Source: Vicugna vicugna (taxonomy: Eukaryota). From it: a stretch of DNA of 64,000 bases. The position numbers and the translations under genes are program-made. Below the pieces are notes generated by a model. It worked only from the letters and a program-made list of their open reading frames with translations. It did not search any database and was not told where the DNA came from. The stretch spans positions 186,001-250,000 of the forward strand of contig MU058815.1 of NCBI GenBank assembly GCA_013265495.1, in the 5' to 3' direction. Below, in pieces: positions 1 to 11,685 of this stretch (the first letter of the stretch is position 1; every line of letters starts with the position of its first letter).

Positions 1-420
1 GGTAGTTTGATACACACCTCCTGGTACAGACACCCTTCTGTAGTTTCCTCCCCTTCCAGCTGGTGCCCTGGTGACTCACCTTCACCAAGAGAATGCAGAT
101 GAAGGGACACCCTACCAGGTCCGGACCTAAGGCTTAAGAAGGCCTGGCAGCTTCCGTTTTGGGGCTCCGAGGGAAGTGAGCATCCCTGTGCCCTGAGAAG
201 CCCACCAGCGTCCCAAGGAGGGACCACACCGTGCAGGGCAGAGTTCGACAGCCCCGGCAAAACTCCCAGCCAACAGCCAGCGCCAATGGGCCATCCTGGA
301 AGTGGCTCTTCCAGCCTCCGTTCGAGCTGCCCCCTTAATTTTGCAAGGAGGCGCGAAAGCTGTTCCCAGTCCTAGTTGCAGAATCGTGAACACATCAGTG
401 GTGGTTGATGTTTGAATCAC
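1..420 (+). mobile_element. Degenerate MaLR (MLT1-type) LTR fragment
   Basis: The reverse complement contains 'gctggaagagccacttccaggatggccc...ggctgttggctgggag...gaagctgccaggccttcttaag', resembling the antisense of old MLT1 LTRs. Recalled similarity only. Confidence 0.5.
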
Positions 421-1864
421 TTAGGCAACTGGAAAATGACTTAGTGGGAGCAACCGTGCTGAGCTGGGCTGGGATGGCACCGACCTTACAAAGAGGGCTG
501 GGAAGTTCGTGTAAGTATATGCACTCTACTGTATGCACGTTACACACATATATATGTTCTGTATATAATGTGAATATACAAACCCCCCACCCCACACACA
601 CGAGTAGAAGGAAGTTCTCACGATTTGCTTTGTGGTTTCCTCCTCTGGGCTTTACTAGGCGGTCAGCTACCACTTCTTGCTGGTGTTGGAGTGCTCTTAT
701 TATAAAAGGAGCCTTCAGGTCTTCAGAAGAGCTGGCCAGGGGGCAGGAGTGAGGGATCGGATGGGTGCGAGAAGAAAGCAGCCCTGCGGACAGTGGCTTC
801 TGAAAACTGGAGAGACAAATCCGTAGTGTTAAGGAGCCCAGGGGAACGAGTAAGGAAGGGCCTTAAAAAGACTCGCTCAGACGTGAGCACCGTCAGGGAG
901 CAGCAACAACGTATGACTGAGCCGTTAGATGCCTGCACCTTGGCTGTTTAACCTGACCATCCAGAAAAGAAAAGATCAGTTATGGAATTTATTTCAGGGA
1001 ACGTACAGTTAGGAATAGTCAACAGAAGGCTGAGGGATGAATTTGATTGACGTTCCCAGTAAATGCCTAGATATAATTTTGTACAGTTACAAGCCTGAGG
1101 GTTTTCTTTACCCTCGTAAATCTCTCTGGGACAGTTTTCATTAGAAGATGCTTACCAGTTTATTAGTCTAAATGATTATGCTTCGATGAAAAGCGTTGAC
1201 AAATGCCTTGTCCATTGACAGTCCTGTGGTGTCGAGAGGAAACATTTGGAATTCTCTGGATATTTCAACCCTCAATTACGATGGAAACATCAGCTACGGA
1301 AATTGTTATTCTCTGCGCCAAACATCCCATCGTCTCCAGGACTCAAGAGCTTAATTGTTTTATAAAGCAAAATTTGAGGTCCTGTCCTTTTTTCTCCACC
1401 GATATGCAAATAGTCCATTAGTAATGAGTAGATCAAAGTCTGGGTCACCAAGGAGCCAGCTGTGGTTTGGGTAACTAGGTTTCTGTGGTCATGGGGTTAA
1501 TCAACTCTTCTGAAACATGTTAACATCTCTTCGGCTGTAGACCCCACATTTGTCGTCTCCACACGGGAAGGGCACTTGTGGCTTGGAATCTTTCAATCTT
1601 AGTTTTTGCCCAAGTGGATGTGAAAGTGTAGACCCCATAAAACACTAGGAAAAGGGGTGTAGTGCTTGTTGCGTGCAAGACCCTGCCTTGGAGTCCAAAG
1701 CTCCTTTAGTACCTTACTGTCTAGTCCTTATTAACACCCGCTCTTGATTCCTGCCAGTGGTCCCCTTGAAATGATAAAAATCGTGCAATGCACCTACGTA
1801 CAACCACATTTCACAGATTAATGTGTCAAGTGTAGTTGTGCATCATCAGCTGGGTTTCCCCCAG

Positions 1865-2890
1865 TTTTTTTTAAAGCATTTCAAACTCACAGAAAAGTGG
1901 AAATAAGAGTGCAATGAATACCCATAATGCCTCCTTCCGGCTTCACCAGTTGTTAATATTTTGCCAAATTTGCTTTCTCTCTCTCTCTCTCCACACACAC
2001 ACACACACTTTCTGCTAAATAAACCATCACCTGTACTTCAACACGCATCTCTCAGAACAAAAACGCTCTCCTGTGGACCACAATATTATTATCAACCTGC
2101 AAAGTTCAACACTTAATAGGAAAGTTAAATTTAGTAGTAGCATCGCCCCAATTGTCACCAAAATGATTTTCATTAGGTTTTTTCTTTCTTTTTTTTAAAT
2201 TTAGATTGCCATCAAAGATCGCTCATTCCGTTTGGCTACCGTGACTCTTCAGCCAACTTCAGTTAGACCAGTCCCTTTACTTTTGCTTGCTTTTCATGAG
2301 CTTGGTGTTTCTGAAGAGTCCAGGCTAGGGTATTACAGAATGTCCCATCTGTAAATTGTTCCTATTGATTCGATTAAGGTTAAACACCTTTAACAAGAAA
2401 ACTACTTGGTGGTGTCACGTGCTTCCTTCTGCATCGTCAGTTGTCCAGGGACTTCGTCCAGTTGACTTGGATTTCTTCCTCGGAGTGGATCCTTTTCCTC
2501 TCTGTAATTAATAAATAACCTGTGTAGTGGTGCTGTGAGGTTGTGTTCCTCACATCTCTTCACCTGATGACTTCAGGATTCACTTCTAATCCTTGCCTAA
2601 ATCACTCGTTAGCCTGGTGGTAGCAAAATTTAATAGTTGAATTCCTTCATTCCTTCTACATTTGTTAATAAGTATTGTTCTACAAAGAAGAGCTTCTTTC
2701 CCCCAATTTTAAAGATATTACTAAGGACTTGTAGATCCTTTTTAGTCGATGTGTTGTAACCCCTTTTTATTACGCTCAAATTGCCCACCTATGGTAAATG
2801 GAAGTCCCTTTAAGTGAGCACCTGTGTTCCCATTTTTTAAAGCATTTTTCTTGCCTTCTGGTGCAGCAAGATGTTCCGAGCTCACCTTGT
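1865..2890 (-). mobile_element. Old L1 (L1MC-type) 3' region, interrupted by a (CT)n(CA)n microsatellite at about 1975-2008
   Basis: T-run followed by 'catttcaaactcacagaaaagtggaaataag...ccagttgttaatattttgcc', typical of an antisense L1MC 3' end. Confidence 0.55.
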
Positions 2891-2987
2891 GTTTGCTTCA
2901 TACAGTTAGACATTTACGTTGCTTCCATCATTAGCTGTCACCAGCCATGGCACAATGAATCGCTTTGTGCATGAGCTGATTTGTAGC

Positions 2988-3908
2988 TGTGGTATCTGAA
3001 AAGAAGGCACCACTGTTTTTCCTCCACCCTGTTCTCAGAGCACTTCCGACACCAGGTGTGTGGATTTTTCGCACACCAAGAAATTCTTCAATTCTTGGCA
3101 GACACCAGTTGGGTGTCCTACAATTTAACTCAATTCTGATACAACCTACCTGGGATTCGCATCAGATCTCACAAGATAAAGGCTCCATCCTGCCTGGCTC
3201 CACCTCTTCAGATGCCAACTGCAAATCCAGGTTGTCACCTGGGCTCTTGACAGACTAGCTATAAACCTGTGGTTCCCACAGTCTCCTCCTTGGTTTGACA
3301 GTTTGCTAGAATGGCTCACAGGACTCCGGAAAACAGTTTACTTACTAATCACCAGCTTATTATTAAGAGAGATAACTCAGGGACAGGTGCGCAGGGCAAG
3401 GTATGAGGGGAGGGGAGCCCTCTCCAGGCTACGATGCCTTCTCCAGGCAGATCGCCCTCCCACCTCCACAAATTCACTAACCTGGAAGCTCTCCAAAGCC
3501 CTTCTTTTAGGATTTTTTAATGAAGGCTTCATTGCATAGGCACAATTGATCAAATCATTGAGCGCTGATGATTAAGTCAACCTCCCGCCACTCGCCATTC
3601 CCTGGAGGTTGGAGGGTGGGGCTGAAAGTTCCGATCCTCTAATCACAAAGTTGATTTCCTTGGTAACCAGGCTGCCCTATCTTTAGGTGCTTTCCAAAAG
3701 CCACTTCATTAAGGCAAATCCAGGGGTGGTTGAAAGGGGCTTGCTATGAATAACAGAAGATACTCCCTTCACCTTTGTTACTCCAGAGCTGTTTCAAGGG
3801 CCTGAGGCAAAAGCCGAGTAGGAAATTACAAGGGTTTTATGTGCTTTGTGCTTAGGAACTGTAGATACAGAACAAAATACGCATTTCTTATTATATCACA
3901 GTATCTCA
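2988..3908 (-). mobile_element. MER21-like ERV1 solo LTR inserted in an old L1
   Basis: Contains 'gacaccagttgggtgtcctacaatttaactcaattctg' and 'ttgctagaatggctcacaggactc'. The terminus 'tttcttattatatcacagtatctca' is the antisense of the MER21-type start. Antisense L1 sequence lies on both sides. Confidence 0.75.
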
Positions 3909-4191
3909 AGGGAAAATTCCAAGCAGTAAGGTTACTGGATTAAAAGATAAGTATCTATGTAATTTTTCTAGAACTTACCAAATTCCCCTCCAGAGTTGCA
4001 ACATTTGGCACACTTGTTAGCAACATATAGGAGCGCCAGCTTGGTATTTTTGTAATCACACTTGGAAATAAGTTTCTTCTTTGAAACAGTCAATATTTTT
4101 GCCACTCCATTTTTATAATTACTTTCAATACCTTCTTCATAATCTTAAATTGTTTTAGCTAATCTTTGTCATGTGTGATTATATTTGATGA

Positions 4192-4929
4192 TTTTTTAAA
4201 CTTTTTTTATTGATTTATAATCATTTTACAATGTGTCAGATTCTCGTGCAGAGCACAATTTTTCAGTTATACATGAACATACATATATTCATTGCCACAT
4301 TCTTTTTACTCTGTGAGCTACCACAAGATCTTGTATATATTTCCCTGTGCTGTACAGTATAATCTTGTTTATCTAGTCTGCATATGCCTGTCAGTATCTA
4401 CAAATCTCGAACTCCCAGTCTGTCCCTTCCCACCCCCTGCCCCCTTGGCAACCACAGGTTTGTATTCTATGTCTATGAGTCTGTTTCTGTTCTGTATTAA
4501 TTTATTTTTTTTAAGATTCCACATATGAGTGACCTCATATGGTATTTTTCTTTCTCTTTCTGGCTGACTTCACTTAGAATGACATTCTCCAGGGACATCC
4601 ATGTTGCTGCAAATGGCGTTATGTTGTCGGTTTTTATGGCTAAATAGTATTCCATTGTATAAATATACCACATCTTCTTTATCCAATCCTCTGTTGATGG
4701 ACATTTGGACTGTTTCCATGTCTTGGCTATTGTAAATAGTGATGCTATGAACAGTGGGGTGCAGGTGTCTTTTTGAAGTAGGGTTCCTTCTGGATATATG
4801 CCCAGGAGCGGGACTCCTGGGTCACATGGTAAGTCTATTCCTAGTCTTTTGAGGAATCTCCATACTGTTTTCCACAGTGGCTACACCAAACTGCATTCCC
4901 ACCAGCAGTGTAGGAGGGTTCCCTTTTCT
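4192..4929 (-). mobile_element. 5'-truncated camelid L1 (ORF2 C-terminus plus 3'UTR)
   Basis: Close similarity to 59024-59824 ('ttgatttataatcattttacaatg', 'ttccttctggatatatgcccagg'). ORF2 frame has a stop (CAG>TAG in S-L-V-Q-P). Confidence 0.9.
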
Positions 4930-4979
4930 ATCTGAGGATATTTTTATCCCAACTTCTATTTTATTTTACTTACTATACA

Positions 4980-6905
4980 CATAATAGGAGTGACATCAGC
5001 CAGTTGGTAATATTAGAGCCCTCCATCCTCTTCCCCCACAGAACAGTGACTTGTGGCAGTTGCCCACGGATAAGAATGCTTTCATGGGAGTCTGGGAGTC
5101 CACTGGAGAAGTCAGAGCGTACAATTAGAGGAGAAAAAGTGCAAGGATATACACACTGAAAAAAGTAACTGTTTCCACTTGGTCTGCACCATCCCTCCCA
5201 CAAGGCGGCATGACTCAGTGCCAGGAGAGGCCCTGGTGGACCACAGCTTCTCCCACGGGGGAAAGTGAGAGAGTATGAGTGAGCACTTGGCTTCCCCAGC
5301 TCTGTGGGATGCTGCTTGGCAAGCCCACTTCTTCATTAGCTCCCCCGGAACACTGAGGGAATGCGCATGGCTGAGGGTTCGGCAAGGCTGTGAGCGCAGC
5401 AGCCAGTGTTTGGAATTCATCAAGGGGACACGACTAACCACTTCGTGATCCATCTTACTAACTGACTCTCAGCTGGCTCCTGTCGCATACTATGTGGACG
5501 GCAAGAGCAAGCCTTTGTAGATAGCCAATGAGCAAGACTTGACTCTTCAGGACTGGGGGATGGCTCATAGACCAGAGCATTTCGGGGGCACCACCCTGGG
5601 GAAACATGTGGGGAACCCTTGGCCAGGTTGACAAAAGACGGTTTCTCCCTTGTGAAGTCAGGTGTCAAAGCCTGGAGGAGGACTGCTTCTTCAAGCGCAA
5701 AGACAGCAATGGACGTCTTCAAGGAACACCAGAAGTCAAGGGAAGATGACACTGCCAAGCAACTGACCCCGAAGAAATAGAGGTCTACACATTGCCTGAC
5801 AAAGAATTTGAAAAAACTGTTTCAAGGAGGTTCCGTGAGCTACAAGAGAATAGACAGATAACTCAGTGAAACCAGGAAAACAATACATGAACAAAATGAG
5901 AAGGTCCTCACAGAGATAGAAATCCTACGTCAGAACCAAACAGAAATTCTGGAGCTGAATAATGTGATGAATATGATTTAAAAATGCAAATACGGAGCAT
6001 TAAGAGCATACTTGATCAAGCAGACGAAAGAATCTTTGAACTCAAAGACAGGCTATTTGAGATGATTCAGTCAGAAGAGAAAAAAGAAAAAAAGAGTGGA
6101 AAAGAGTTAATAAAGCTTACACGAAAGATGGGGTACTAGAAACAATATTTGCGTTATGCGAGTCCCAGAAGAGGGGCAGGAAGAGGCAGAAAACTTGTTT
6201 AAAGACATAATGGCTGAAAGCTTCCCAGATCTGGAAAGAAATATGGATATCCAGGTTCATCAGACTCTAGGGTCTCATAACAGATTCGACCCAAAAAGGA
6301 CAATCATCAAAATACGTTATAATAGAACTTCCAGAAACAAAAGACAGGGATAAAATTTTGAAAGCAATAAGAGAAAAGAAACTCATTTCATACAAGGGGA
6401 TCCCCAGAACAATGCCAGGAGATTTCTCAGCAGATATTTTGACAGCCAGAGAGTGGGAGGATAAATTCTAAGTGCTGAAGGACAAAAATTGGCCACCAAG
6501 AACATTTTAACCAACAAAGCTGTCCTTCAGAAATAAAGGAGAAAAAAAGACTTTCCCAGAAAAACAAAAGCTGAGGAAGTTCACCACCAGATATGCTTTA
6601 CAAAAAATGCTAAATAGAATTCTCCAAGCTGAAATAAGTGGATACTAATGAATAATATAAAAACCTATGAAAGTATAAAACTCACTGACAACAGTAAGTA
6701 TGTTATCAAATTCAGAATACTCTGATACTGTAATGGCAGTGTGTAAATTACTTGTAACTATAATGTACATGTTAAAAAAACAAATATTAAAATAACTACA
6801 ATAATTTGGTAATAAGTATACAATATGAAAGGATGTAAGTTGTACCATCAAAAACATAAAGTAGTGGGGGAGGAAAAAAGTGGAAAGTGTTTGTTGCATT
6901 TAAAG
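4980..6905 (+). mobile_element. Older L1 5'UTR plus degenerate ORF1
   Basis: ORF 6156-6353 (RVPEEGQEEAENLFKDIMAESFPDL...DIQVHQ) matches the L1 ORF1p pattern. A-rich coiled-coil-type remnants lie at 5760-6150 and there are many stops. Confidence 0.85.
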
Positions 6906-7782
6906 TTAACACTACCTGGAGCTTGCTGGAAATTCGGGATCTGGGGTCCACTAAGACCTGCTGATCAGCATCTGAATTTCAACCAGATGCCCTGGTGAGC
7001 ATATGCAAGTGTGAGCATCTTCCATGGGCTTGAACACTTTTGAGTATTCTGTAACTTGCAACCAGAAGTACCCAGCTGACACAGGTGTGGTTCAGCAGCC
7101 TGTGTGTCTACCTGCCTGCACTGCAGCAGCTCCACACGGCGTGCTGTTAGGAGAGTCTACCCTTTAAATTCCTGGAAGCGCCTTCAAACTAACTGCATGA
7201 TACTCTCTGAATGCCTTTCCTCAGATGGAAAGAACTTTCCATCAATACAGGTCATATGCTGGACGATACAACATCAGAAGGCTGGGAGGTTCACAGGGGA
7301 GTCCAGTGTGGCTTCCAACCAAGCACGAGGCCTCCCCAGGCCTGACCGTGCTGATTTGTCACGACTCCATAGGCTGCCTTGGTTTTCTTTCCTTCTTTTT
7401 TCTTTTCTTTCCTTTTCTGTATCAAGTCTTCCATTCCACTCTCCCAGATTCCCCTGTTACTTTAAGAGGTCCACTCTAATAGATCATCAAAGGAAAAAAT
7501 AATAATGATAGTAAGTTGGCAGAGTAATAGGAATAGAAATATTTGGACGCTACTTTTTTCCCCATTTTAAGTCCCCTTTAGTACACTTAAAAAATTGGAC
7601 AGGCATATGTTAGTGGATAATTTCATAATGTGTGTGCATGTGTGCACTGGAAAATGCTTTTCATCGATTAAATATTCGTATGTTTTTAAATAAGCAACAT
7701 TAAACATCAACTAGGAAAACCTAATCACTGGCATTTAGCAACCCAAACTAGGAAATGCAGAGAAAGTCAAGACGTTTCCCCA

Positions 7783-7928
7783 GGGGGAGGGTATGGCTCG
7801 GTGGTAGAGCATATGCTTAGCATGCATGAGGTCCCAGGTTCAATCCCCAGTACCTCCATCAAAAAGCTAAGTAAATAAAACTAATTACTTCCCCCTGCAA
7901 AAACAAACAAACAAACAAAAAATTAAAA
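7783..7928 (+). mobile_element. tRNA-Ala-derived camelid SINE (vic-1 type)
   Basis: Head 'ggggagggtatggctcggtggtagagcatatgcttagcatgcatgaggtcccaggttcaatccccagtacctcca' has A- and B-box-like motifs and an AGC anticodon loop. It is followed by a non-tRNA body and a (CAAA)n tail, with a degenerate flanking duplication. Confidence 0.9.
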
Positions 7929-9834
7929 CCAAAATGTCTTCTCAGTTCTCAGAACATAATTTTCTATTATGGGAATTATTTTGACAGTTTTAGCAAATGG
8001 GAGCTTTTTCCCCCTCTTGTTTCTGGATGTGAGACTGGACCTTTTGGCTCTTACATAAGTGATTATTAATCTTTCCAGATTTCCACTTTAAAAAAAAATC
8101 CATAAAGCAGTTATGTGGAACGCAGCACTGTAACTGAACACAGTTTGAAGACAGATGACTAATTTCCTAAACTATTTCTGGATTTTCCCTCTCACTGCTT
8201 GTAGCCTCAGACAGCTCCAAGAGCAGATCTCCCTGTGAAGGCCTCTCCCCTCCCCCACGGGCCCCCTCCTCCCGTGAGAGGTAGAAAGGGGAAGGTCAGT
8301 AACGGGCTACTTTGCACATGACCCCCGGGGCCCCGCCTGCCTCGGCGCTAGCGAGGAATGCGGTCGCGCTGACATGGCCGAGGTTAGTCGAAAAGAATTT
8401 TTCATAAACCACCAATTGCATTACATCAATGCATCATCTTAAATCCCATGGTGATTTTCCTAAACATAACTAACTCACTGGCTTCAAACATATTATCCCC
8501 TCTTGTCACTGCAAAAAATTCTCTAAATGTTTATGTTCTTGCAGGGCTGTACTAAAACGGCCCGTCGGCTCCCGTGGAAGGCTGCGGGGAAGGCGCTGCA
8601 TCGTCTGTCAAGAAATAAGGCTGGAATGCAAAATAGAGCCACCAAGCTGAACTGTCAGAACAGCACATCTCCCCTAGAGCCTATGATGTGACGCACCTCA
8701 CTAACCGCCTTACCCGTGTGTATTTCTCGATGGCTGGGGCAGGATGGGTGGAGGAGATCTTGGTATGGAAAGGACAGCGGTTGGAGATGACCGGGAAGCA
8801 GTAGAGGCATTCTGAGAACCCAATTTCCCTTTATAAAACACCATTTGACAAAAATGCCCTCCATCCCCAGCCCCGACCCCCCTTCTGAGCTCCAGACACA
8901 AACGCTCAGGGGCTTCTGGGGAAGCTCCGCAGGCGCGTTCCACGGGCACCGGCCACGTCTAGTCAACGTGGCTCTGCCACGGGCTGCAGGTCACCACCCA
9001 GAACCCCCGAGGACCGCCCTGCCGAGCACCACACTGTCCCCTTAGCACAGGCCCCCCTGGGCAGGCACGTGAGGCTGCCAGGCTGCCCTTCACAGTGGGG
9101 CTCGCAGTGCCCTGACCATCACCGCGGAGGCTGAGCAAAGGATCAGACTTGCGCATGGCAGAAAAGGGGAGTGATTAGATAGAACGATGGCTTGCTCGGG
9201 GGAAGCCTTTAAAACTGAGTGCTACAGTGACTCTCTGAGCACACAGGGGGACAGTCTAAAACCCCCAGACTCTCCCCGAGGTGCCCTGTGGGCACTGCCT
9301 GGAGTCCTTCCCGTGCCCCCTTCAAACTGCAGCACTGTGACTCCCAGCCCTTAGGGACGCCCCCTCGGATCGCTCGCATTGTCAGCCCTCCTCCAGCGCT
9401 CACCAGGGCCCTTTGCTCTGAGTCGCTTGTCTCTCTCTGAATGCCTCAAGCCGTGTCACACTCCCTGCCTTCACACTTGTTATTTTCCCTGGACTTCCTT
9501 CAGCTTTTAGCTACTCTATCTGGTTCCTTCTAAATCTCTCCAGTCCTTGGCTCAAGCATCCCCTTCCCTGAAACCTTAGCTGAGTTACAGGAATATCAGT
9601 GTCAGTGAGGGTGCCACACTCTCACCCCTCCTGGTGATGCTGGACCCATCTCCTCTTCTCATGCGATTCCTCCAGCCGGGGGGATCTGCCTTCTCAGTGC
9701 TTGGCACAGCATTTGGCACATGGTAGTTCGACATTTTTCTGGAAGAGTAAATGCTGTAAAGAGGAGTATGCTTGTGTCCAAGACCTGTGAGCAATGCCCC
9801 ACTTTGCTATTTGCAGGTGTGTGTTTTGGCTGAT

Positions 9835-9905
9835 GGAGCTTAACTTCCCAAGCCTCAGTCCTCTTCTCCATAAAATGGGGATAATGATAGATTGTGTTTC
9901 TTACT
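9835..9905 (+). mobile_element. MIR core fragment
   Basis: 'ttaacttcccaagcctcagtcctcttctccataaaatggggataatgatag' matches the MIR core. Confidence 0.7.
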
Positions 9906-10064
9906 CGTATGAGGACCAGCATCAGAGTGAGAAAGTTCATGGCAAACTCGGAAGCCTTATCCAAATGCAAGCTCTTCAAAAGGGAAAAGAGGGAAGAATC
10001 ACAAAAACAGCCCAAAGTGACACAGTTCACGTGCAGTGCCCGGCACTGTTCGCTTAGTCCTTGT

Positions 10065-10150
10065 AACCATCTCAAAGCAGAGTTTAAGTCATTTGCCAAG
10101 GACGTAGTGGAGCTAGGATTTGAACTCAGACAGTTTGGTTCCAGAGCACA
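10065..10150 (-). mobile_element. MIR fragment
   Basis: 'ttaagtcatttgccaagg...ggagctaggatttgaactcagacagtttggttccagagc' is antisense MIR. Confidence 0.7.
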
Positions 10151-11179
10151 GATGCTTAAAAGCCCGCTAGGATAATAATGATAAAAGCTGACACTGACTG
10201 TGTGTTTTCTACACGCTGAACTTGTGATGAGCATTTTACAAATATTCTGTCCATCACTCACTCTCTGCAGCCCTACTGTATGGGCATCAGTGGTCCCACT
10301 GAACAGATGGCAAAACGGGGAAAGTGCAGTGTAGGCGCCGGACCAAGCAATGGGGCTGCTGTTCAGACTCAAGCGTCCCATACACAGAGCGCACGTTCTT
10401 AGCACATGGCGGAGAGGACACGGGAGGATCGAAACTGAGGTCCGTGGCACCCATGCGTGAGCTCCTCGGAGGAAGCTGAGCCAAGGGTCAAGGATGACTG
10501 ACACCAATCGTGGTGCAGTTTTGACTGTAAACTGAAAGTGTGTCATGGTCTCTGCGGGAAAAGGAGGATGTGAAACAAGGAGCTAAAGCTGAGGGTTGTT
10601 GGGAAATAGGTGGGCTAGCAAGTTCCTCTCGAGTTTAAAGGAAGGGCTTTAGATAGGCAGGGGGAGCCAGGAGGGTCCTTTCAACTCTGGAAGGCCCCTC
10701 GGTTCTGCCAGGCTCTCTGTGTAAACAGGGTCACCTGTGGACACCTCTCATCTGCACAGAGCCCGCTGTCTGAACTCTTCTCACATTGCGTTAACGTTCT
10801 CATGTGTTTGGCTGGCTGTTCGCGGCTAGATTCGAGTTATGCATTTTTGTCAGGAAGACAACAGACATAAAATGCCGTGTTCTCCTCAGAGCATCACATC
10901 AGGAGGCACCGGAAGTCAGTCGGTGTTACTGACGTCGCCTTTGATTGCCTAGTGAAGGTGGGGTCCACCAGACTTCTTGGCTGGGAGGTCACTCTTTCCT
11001 CCTTTGTAGTCAGTAAGCATTTGGAGGGAGAGCGCTTTAAGACAAGGTACTTGCCCCGTTCTCTCATCAGACTTCCACCTGCTAGGTCTAGCATCCATCC
11101 ACGACCGTCTAAATCCGTTATTCCTGTGATCATTGCCAAAAGGTGCTGTTCTAACGGATTCATTCTTTAAACCCAAACT

Positions 11180-11685
11180 GAGGGACGTTTTGCAAGTGAC
11201 TGGCTTGTACTCAAAACGATCAATCTTGTCAAAAGTCTAGGAACGCCTCCAGATTTAAGGAGACTAACGAGACATGACAACGAAAAGACACGTGCACCCC
11301 TGGACCAGGGTTCTTTGCTCCCTTTGCTCTAAAGGACATTGCTGGGACAACTGGGGAACTTTGAATAAAGCCTAGACTCTCTCTTTGTTATAACATCAAT
11401 ATTAATATTCTGATTTTGATCATTGTCCTTGTATAATGTAAAAGAATGTCCTTGCTTTCAGGAAGGACACACTGAAGCATTTAGGAATAGAGGGGATTTT
11501 GGCAACAGCTTTCTGTCAAATGGTTCAGGAAAAATTAGTATGTATCTACAGCAAATGGTAAGACAAATGGGGTAAAACATTGACATTTGGGGACCTGGGT
11601 GCAGGGTGAATGAGAGTTGTCTGTACTATTCTTGTAACTTTTCTGCACATCTGAAAGTATTTCAAAATGAAAGTTTTAAAAATAT
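11180..11685 (+). mobile_element. Old L1 (L1MC/ME) 3' end
   Basis: Contains 'aaaggacattgctgggacaactgggg' and 'gtactattcttgtaacttttctg...atttcaaaatgaaagtttt'. Confidence 0.7.

Noticed and set aside
72..375. Minus-strand exon ending AAG|GTGAGT near 79
   Set aside because: It lies within an MLT1-like LTR remnant and has a weak acceptor.
7783..7858. tRNA-Ala(AGC) gene
   Set aside because: It continues into a SINE body and (CAAA)n tail with a flanking duplication and has mismatched stems, so it is a SINE head.
9659..10546. 295-aa ORF, the longest in the track
   Set aside because: It runs across MIR fragments, has no recognisable domain and shows no supporting exon structure.
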